From the IMG/VR virus record IMGVR_UViG_3300025840_003418, positions 63,600 through 127,599 of that record: DNA of 64,000 bases; one strand, written 5' to 3'. The notes beneath the pieces are model-generated. The model searched no databases. It was given only the letters and a program-made list of their open reading frames with translations, and was not told where the DNA came from. A program made the position numbers and the translations under genes. This stretch comes from a virus. Shown here piece by piece: positions 58,656 to 64,000 of this stretch (positions within the stretch are counted from its first letter, which is position 1; each line of letters starts with the position of its first letter).

Positions 58656-59504
58656 ATGCGCAAAAAGAATTATCTTAACAATAGAGATCTATTGTTAGAA
58701 ATACACAAATCTAAAAATACATTTAATAGTTACATTGAACCGATATATTCTGAGTTTGATATAATACTGACTGATATCGACCGTATTAACATTCGTACAA
58801 TAGCAGAAGCAAAGCGCAATAAAGCAAAACGCTTATCTACTAAAGATTACGAAACTCGGAAAATGGCAGGTGAGAAAGTAAAACAAGCAGATTGTGAAGT
58901 TGATTATAAATCTATTACAAAAGAAGAATTAGTTTTTCGAGTAATGACATTTGACCACATTCCAGACGAGCCTGGTCGCAAAAAGAATCCAAAGACTACA
59001 GCTGACACAAAAACTAAACTTAACTTTCCTCCGTTTCAACATTATAAATTTGACGATGAAGGTAATTTATTTTGCATTGGTAAAAGTCATTGGATAGGCG
59101 GTATGGAAAACGGTACTTTTTCAAAAACACACGGCAAAGCAACAAACAAACTTGCTATGATGTGGCTAAAACTTGTAGATAGATATGCTACAAGAGGTAA
59201 TGTTCGTGGCTATACTTACAATGACGAAATGAAAGGTCAAGCAATCTTACAACTTTCACAAATTGGATTACAGTTTGACGAATCTAAGTCAAACAATCCG
59301 TTTGCATATTATACAGCAGCCGTTACTAACTCATTTGTGCGTGTAATTAACTTAGAAAAACGTAATCAAAACATCCGAGACGACATCTTAGAAATGAATA
59401 ACTTAAACCCAAGTCATACAAGACAACACGCAGGTGAATGGGAGGCAGCAATAAAACGTAATGAAGAAGCAAGTGCCACTATTTTTACTAATAAGAAAAG
59501 TTGA
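58656..59504 (+). CDS. gp55: Late-transcription sigma factor, T4 gp55-like
   Basis: NYLNNRDLL...RGYTYNDEM...QFDESKSNNPFAYYT....NSFVRVINLEKR. Lies directly upstream of gp47/gp46, as in T4-like phages. Confidence 0.8.
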   Translation: MRKKNYLNNRDLLLEIHKSKNTFNSYIEPIYSEFDIILTDIDRINIRTIAEAKRNKAKRLSTKDYETRKMAGEKVKQADCEVDYKSITKEELVFRVMTFDHIPDEPGRKKNPKTTADTKTKLNFPPFQHYKFDDEGNLFCIGKSHWIGGMENGTFSKTHGKATNKLAMMWLKLVDRYATRGNVRGYTYNDEMKGQAILQLSQIGLQFDESKSNNPFAYYTAAVTNSFVRVINLEKRNQNIRDDILEMNNLNPSHTRQHAGEWEAAIKRNEEASATIFTNKKS

Positions 59505-59533
59505 TTGACATCTCAATACTTTCCTGTTATAAT
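59505..59533 (+). promoter_or_regulatory. Consensus sigma70 promoter TTGACA-N17-TATAAT with extended -10 TG
   Basis: TTGACA 59505-59510, TATAAT 59528-59533, GGAG RBS, TTG 59557. Confidence 0.9.
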
Positions 59534-59556
59534 TAAAAGAAAAGCGGAGTCTATAG

Positions 59557-60570
59557 TTGTTTAAAAAAGCGGCAGTATTTACTGACATACATTTTGGCCT
59601 AAAAAGTAACAGTAAAATGCATAATCAAGACTGTGAAGATTACATCGATTGGTATATAAAAACTGCAAAAGAGCATGGTTGTGAAACTGCTCTTTTTTGT
59701 GGTGATTGGAATCACAATCGAAACAGCCTAAACTTAACTACTATGGATGCAGGCATCCGCAGTTTAGAAAAAATCGGTGCAGCGTTTGACAACTTTTACA
59801 TGTTTGCTGGTAATCACGACTTGTATTACAAAGATAAACGTGATGTAAAGTCTACTGAATTTGCAAAACACATACCGGGTGTTACTGTTATTGACGAAAT
59901 ATGGGAGCAAGACGATGTTGCGTTAGTTCCTTGGTTAGTCGGTGACGAGTGGAAGAAAATGTCTAAGATTAAAAGCAAATATTTGTTCGGACATTTTGAA
60001 CTACCCAGTTTCTATATGAATGCTATGGTGCAAATGCCCGATCACGGTGAACTAAAGTCGGAACACTTTGTAAACCAAGAATATGTGTTTTCAGGACACT
60101 TTCATAAAAGACAGAAACAAGGACATATACACTATATAGGAAACGCATTTCCACACAATTATGCAGATGCTAGTGACGATGCACGTGGCATGATGATTCT
60201 TGACAAAGAAAACAACGCCGAGCCTTTGTACATCGATTGGGAAGATTGTCCAAAATATAGAAATACAACACTTAGTAAACTACTCGATCCTAAGAGCAGT
60301 CTTATTAAACCTAAAATGCATCTACGTGTTACACTAGATATTCCTATTAGTTTTGAAGAAGCAGGGTTCTTAAAAGAAACGTATATTAAACAATATAACT
60401 GTAGAGAGATTACACTTATTAGCCAACGTCAAACTGAAGAAATTAATACAGATTTAGACATCAGCCAATTTGCAAGTGTTGATCAAATTGTGTCAAACGA
60501 AATTTCACAACTAGATACTGAAAACTATAGCAAGAAAACGCTATTAGATATTTACAACGGGTTACAATGA
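59557..60570 (+). CDS. gp47: Recombination endonuclease subunit, gp47/Mre11/SbcD-like
   Basis: Metallophosphoesterase motifs TDIHFG, GDW, GNHD, GHFE, SGHFH. Confidence 0.92.
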   Translation: MFKKAAVFTDIHFGLKSNSKMHNQDCEDYIDWYIKTAKEHGCETALFCGDWNHNRNSLNLTTMDAGIRSLEKIGAAFDNFYMFAGNHDLYYKDKRDVKSTEFAKHIPGVTVIDEIWEQDDVALVPWLVGDEWKKMSKIKSKYLFGHFELPSFYMNAMVQMPDHGELKSEHFVNQEYVFSGHFHKRQKQGHIHYIGNAFPHNYADASDDARGMMILDKENNAEPLYIDWEDCPKYRNTTLSKLLDPKSSLIKPKMHLRVTLDIPISFEEAGFLKETYIKQYNCREITLISQRQTEEINTDLDISQFASVDQIVSNEISQLDTENYSKKTLLDIYNGLQ

Positions 60571-62339
60571 TAAAGATTAAGGATTTAACAGTAAAAAACT
60601 TTATGAGTGTAGGTAATGTAAGTCAAGGTGTTGACTTTGATCAACAAAGCCTTACACTCGTGCTCGGCGAAAACTTAGATCAAGGAGGTGACGATTCGGG
60701 TTCCCGTAACGGTACAGGTAAAACAACAATCATTAATGCATTGTCATACGCTTTATATGGCCAGGCTCTGACCAACATTAAGAGAAACAACCTTATTAAT
60801 AAAACTAATTCAAAAGGTATGCTAGTTACACTTAGTTTTGAAAAGAATAATATAAATTATAGAATTGAACGTGGACGTTCTCCTAATATTCTTAAGTTTT
60901 ATGTAGATAATACCGAACAAGTTGAAGAAGACGAGTCACAAGGCGATAGTCGCAAAACACAAGAAAGTATACAAGAACTATTGGGCATGAGTCATGATAT
61001 GTTTAAACATATTTTAGCACTTAATACATATTCTGAACCATTTTTAAGTATGCGAGCTAATGATCAACGTGCTATTATCGAACAGTTATTAGGTATTACA
61101 TTACTAAGTGAAAAAGCCGATTCGTTAAAAGACGAAATTAAGCGTACTAAAGAGGCTATTACAGAAGAAACATTTAAATTAAACGCAATCGAAAGTGCTA
61201 ATCAAAAAATACAAACTACAATTGACAGTTTAGGTAAAAATCAACGTGCATGGGTTGCAAAACGCAGTTCTGACGAAGAAAAACTAGTAACTGCTATCGA
61301 AGAATTAGAAAAACTAGACATTGATGCTGAATTAGATGCACACGAAAAATTAGCAAACTGGACAGAACATAATAATTCTATTTTGGCTCTTAGAAAAGAA
61401 TTAAGCACACTAGAACCTGCACTAATACGTGCTGACAAAAGTGTAACCAAAGCAGAAAAAGATATTGCAGAACTAGAAGATGCTACTTGTTATACTTGTG
61501 GACAAGAACTTCATGCAGACAAAAAAGCAGAGATTGCAGAACGCAAAGGAAAAGAACTAGAAGATGCTATTGCTTATCAAACAGAAATTACTGGAAAAGT
61601 AAAAGATGTTGCACTTGCTCTTAAAGAAATTGGTGATATTAATGGTCGTCCTACTACATTCTACGAAACTGCAAAAGAAGCATACGAACATAGAAACAAT
61701 GTTAAAAACTTGCAAAATGCATTAGTAAACAAACAAGCAGAAGTTGATCCGTATGAAGTACAAATTAACGAACTAACAAGTACTGCACTACAAGATCTTG
61801 ACTGGAGTATCATAAACAATCTTACAGAGTTTAAAGAGCATCAAGAGTTTCTATTAAAATTATTAACTAACAAAGATTCGTTTATACGTAAGAAAATTAT
61901 TGATCAGAATTTAGCATATCTCAACAATAGGCTAACTTATTACTTAGATGTATTAGGATTACCACATCAAGTACAATTTTTAAACGACTTAAATGTTGAA
62001 ATTACACAACTAGGACAAGATCTAGACTTTGATAATTTGTCAAGAGGTGAACGCAATAGACTTATACTCGGACTATCGTTTGCATTCCGTGATGTTTGGG
62101 AAAGTTTATACCAAGGAATTAATTTATTGTTCATTGACGAACTTATCGATTCAGGAATGGATAGTGCAGGTGTTGAAAACTCAATCAGTGTACTTAAAAA
62201 AATGACTAGAGAACGCAAGAAAAACATTTTCCTCATATCTCACAAAGATGAACTAGTTGGAAGGGTAAACAATGTATTAAAGGTTGTAAAAGAAAACGGA
62301 TTTACTTCTTATGCAAACGATTTGGAGATTGTAGAATGA
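60567..62339 (+). CDS. gp46: Recombination ATPase subunit, gp46/Rad50/SbcC-like
   Basis: KNFMS, Walker A NGTGKTT, coiled coil with CYTC zinc hook, signature LSRGE, Walker B LFIDE, ISH. Confidence 0.93.
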   Translation: MIKIKDLTVKNFMSVGNVSQGVDFDQQSLTLVLGENLDQGGDDSGSRNGTGKTTIINALSYALYGQALTNIKRNNLINKTNSKGMLVTLSFEKNNINYRIERGRSPNILKFYVDNTEQVEEDESQGDSRKTQESIQELLGMSHDMFKHILALNTYSEPFLSMRANDQRAIIEQLLGITLLSEKADSLKDEIKRTKEAITEETFKLNAIESANQKIQTTIDSLGKNQRAWVAKRSSDEEKLVTAIEELEKLDIDAELDAHEKLANWTEHNNSILALRKELSTLEPALIRADKSVTKAEKDIAELEDATCYTCGQELHADKKAEIAERKGKELEDAIAYQTEITGKVKDVALALKEIGDINGRPTTFYETAKEAYEHRNNVKNLQNALVNKQAEVDPYEVQINELTSTALQDLDWSIINNLTEFKEHQEFLLKLLTNKDSFIRKKIIDQNLAYLNNRLTYYLDVLGLPHQVQFLNDLNVEITQLGQDLDFDNLSRGERNRLILGLSFAFRDVWESLYQGINLLFIDELIDSGMDSAGVENSISVLKKMTRERKKNIFLISHKDELVGRVNNVLKVVKENGFTSYANDLEIVE

Positions 62340-63175
62340 TTAAAATTGGTGTAAGAGGTAGTAAATTAGCACTTGCATATGCCGATATTGTTGTTAACAG
62401 AATAAAAACAAACTTTAAACCAATTGTAGATATACAAATTGTTCCTATTAAAACAGATGGCGACATTTATGCTAAAAAAAATATAGCAGAAATAGGCGGA
62501 AAGGGTGTTTTTGTCACAAAAATCGAACAAGAGTTGTTAGCAGGCAATATTGATTTAGCAGTTCATAGTTTTAAAGATCTTCCTAAGGACTTAGACGATA
62601 GAACAGAAATTCGTGCAGTAATGCCAAGGCATGATCCGCGTGATGCTGTTATCGGAAATCTAGTCGACGGTTGTAAAATAGGCACAAGTAGTCCTAGACG
62701 TAAATTACAACTTGCAAAAATGTTTCCTAACAGTGAAATACTTCCAATAAGAGGTAATATTGACACAAGAATACAAAAAGTTCGTGACAACGAGTACGAT
62801 GCTACAATTTTAGCAATGGCAGGACTTGATACAATGAACTTAGGTCACGAAATAAACAAGATACTAGCATTAGAAGAATTAGTACCAGCTGTAGGACAAG
62901 GAGTTATTGCTGTACAGTCATTAAAAAATCAAAATACAGTATTATTAGAGAAAATTAATCACTTAGAAACATATCAGTGTGCAATGGCAGAACGTAACAT
63001 GCTTCAAATGGTTGACGGTGATTGTGATACCGCTATTGGATCAATTACAAGTATCATTGGCGATATAATTTCGCTCGAAGCATACAATTACGAAAATAAT
63101 AAATCTGTAAAAATGCAATCTAAAGCAATTGATTATCTTAATCTAGGCGAATTAGCTGGTAATAGAATAAAATGA
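62336..63175 (+). CDS. hemC: Hydroxymethylbilane synthase (porphobilinogen deaminase)
   Basis: IGVRGSKLAL, GGKGVF, DLAVHSFKDLP, GTSSPRR, RGNIDTR, PAVGQG, AER...GDC (cofactor-binding Cys). Confidence 0.93.
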   Translation: MIKIGVRGSKLALAYADIVVNRIKTNFKPIVDIQIVPIKTDGDIYAKKNIAEIGGKGVFVTKIEQELLAGNIDLAVHSFKDLPKDLDDRTEIRAVMPRHDPRDAVIGNLVDGCKIGTSSPRRKLQLAKMFPNSEILPIRGNIDTRIQKVRDNEYDATILAMAGLDTMNLGHEINKILALEELVPAVGQGVIAVQSLKNQNTVLLEKINHLETYQCAMAERNMLQMVDGDCDTAIGSITSIIGDIISLEAYNYENNKSVKMQSKAIDYLNLGELAGNRIK

Positions 63176-63393
63176 ACAACGAAGACGACTTACATACACA
63201 ATTAGTTCAAGCATACTTAGAATATTTTAAGGCAAATGAATGGTGGGAAAGGAAAAACTCAGTTAGAGCATATTCCGCAGTTCAAAAGGCAACAAGAGAA
63301 ATACGTAGAATAGCAAGAGAACGAAATACTGAAATAAAAGAGATACAAAAAGACTATAAAATCAAGTTTAAAGGCAAACAATACAAGGATTGA
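63172..63393 (+). CDS. Small helical hypothetical protein
   Basis: 73-aa ORF joined to hemC by an ATGA overlap. Basic C-terminus. Confidence 0.65.
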   Translation: MNNEDDLHTQLVQAYLEYFKANEWWERKNSVRAYSAVQKATREIRRIARERNTEIKEIQKDYKIKFKGKQYKD

Positions 63394-63403
63394 TAAACAT
63401 TGT

Positions 63404-63838
63404 ATGAATTGGACATATAATGGCGACGAAGTTACAGAAATACCAGATGAGTATGAAGGTTTTGTTTACATTATTACTAATTTAACAGATGATCGCAAAT
63501 ACATAGGCAAAAAACTAGCAAAATTTAAAACTACTAAGCCACCCTTAAAAGGCAAAAAAAATAAAAGACGCGGATACAAAGAATCAGACTGGAAAGACTA
63601 TTGGGGATCTTCAGATAAACTATTAGCAGACGTAGAAAAATTAGGCAAAGACAAGTTCACAAGAGAAATACTATATTTTTGTAAAAGCAGAGGCGAAATG
63701 TCTTACTTAGAGGCAAGAGAACAGTTTAGTAGGCGAGTATTAGAGACGGACGAGTATTATAACGGTATAATAAACGTGCGTGTAGGCGGATCAAACATAC
63801 TTAGAGAAAATTTAAAGGCACATCAGGACACTATTTAA
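63404..63838 (+). CDS. Stand-alone GIY-YIG nuclease domain protein (Seg-like)
   Basis: GFVYIITN...KYIGKK, YWGSS, F.REIL, candidate catalytic Glu in LEAREQ, YYN. No C-terminal DNA-binding domain. Confidence 0.8.
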   Translation: MNWTYNGDEVTEIPDEYEGFVYIITNLTDDRKYIGKKLAKFKTTKPPLKGKKNKRRGYKESDWKDYWGSSDKLLADVEKLGKDKFTREILYFCKSRGEMSYLEAREQFSRRVLETDEYYNGIINVRVGGSNILRENLKAHQDTI

Positions 63839-63840
63839 AA

Positions 63841-64000
63841 GCCAAAATCCAGCCGAGGTAATGCTCGTCGCCGGTGGAGTGGTAAAGTCCAACAGGCTGT
63901 ATGCTACGAAAACCCCTTAGCACTAGGAACGAAGCGGGGGATAGCGCATTTTGCGTGATGTCGACGTAGGTTGGGAAAGGTCAGAGCCCAGTAGCAAAGT
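63841..64000 (+). ncRNA. Putative structured non-coding RNA, 3' truncated by the window end
   Basis: 86/160 G+C (54%, hand count) in an otherwise AT-rich window. No ORF in the track. Several nested complementary segments. Family unassigned; strand inferred from the upstream gene. Confidence 0.55.

Noticed and set aside
59557-62339. SbcCD-like pair as an anti-phage defence system
   Set aside because: The order gp55-gp47-gp46 is the standard T4-like recombination module.
736-62790. Many short ORFs antisense to, or nested in, long genes (e.g. 26277..26786, 28238..28666, 29012..29524, 42887..43252, 56999..57331)
   Set aside because: They lie wholly within well-supported genes, lack RBSs and motifs, and are the expected shadow ORFs of biased codon usage.
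1-64000. Alternative genetic code (stop-codon reassignment), as seen in some large phages
   Set aside because: Standard-code ORFs tile the window almost without gaps, including a 14 kb ORF, and both TAA and TGA end genes at sensible overlaps.
63841-64000. Assigning the terminal element to tRNA, RNase P RNA or a group I/II intron
   Set aside because: No cloverleaf or TTC-loop. GGTAAAGTCC only loosely resembles the RNase P GAGGAAAGTCC motif. No interrupted host gene or intron core is visible. Left unassigned pending a covariance search.

Overview
AT-rich, gene-dense 64 kb segment of a large T4-like/jumbo myovirus genome in the standard genetic code. No tRNA, rRNA or CRISPR array was seen. From left to right it holds four parts. 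(i) A short + strand block (1-2275). (ii) A ~20 kb minus-strand sugar-biosynthesis and glycosylation locus (2257-21963): three radical SAM enzymes (one B12-dependent), split HldE/RfaE-like kinase and nucleotidyltransferase, a cupin, a HAD phosphatase, shortened TPP-dependent E1 alpha and beta subunits, an NAD epimerase, RmlC, and several glycosyltransferase-like and SGNH-like paralog families. (iii) A ~36 kb minus-strand tail/baseplate module (22030-58577) with fibre paralogs, a 4723-aa structural protein, gp6-, gp25-, gp5- and gp53-like genes and peptidoglycan hydrolase domains. (iv) A divergent + strand block with a gp55-like late sigma factor, gp47/gp46 (Mre11/Rad50), hemC and a stand-alone GIY-YIG nuclease. 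The nuclease gene is followed at once by a GC-rich, hairpin-rich non-coding stretch cut off by the window end. The best candidates for novelty are this nuclease plus putative structured RNA pair and the interleaved branched-sugar glycosylation locus. All calls come from reading motifs by eye; no database search or folding program was run.
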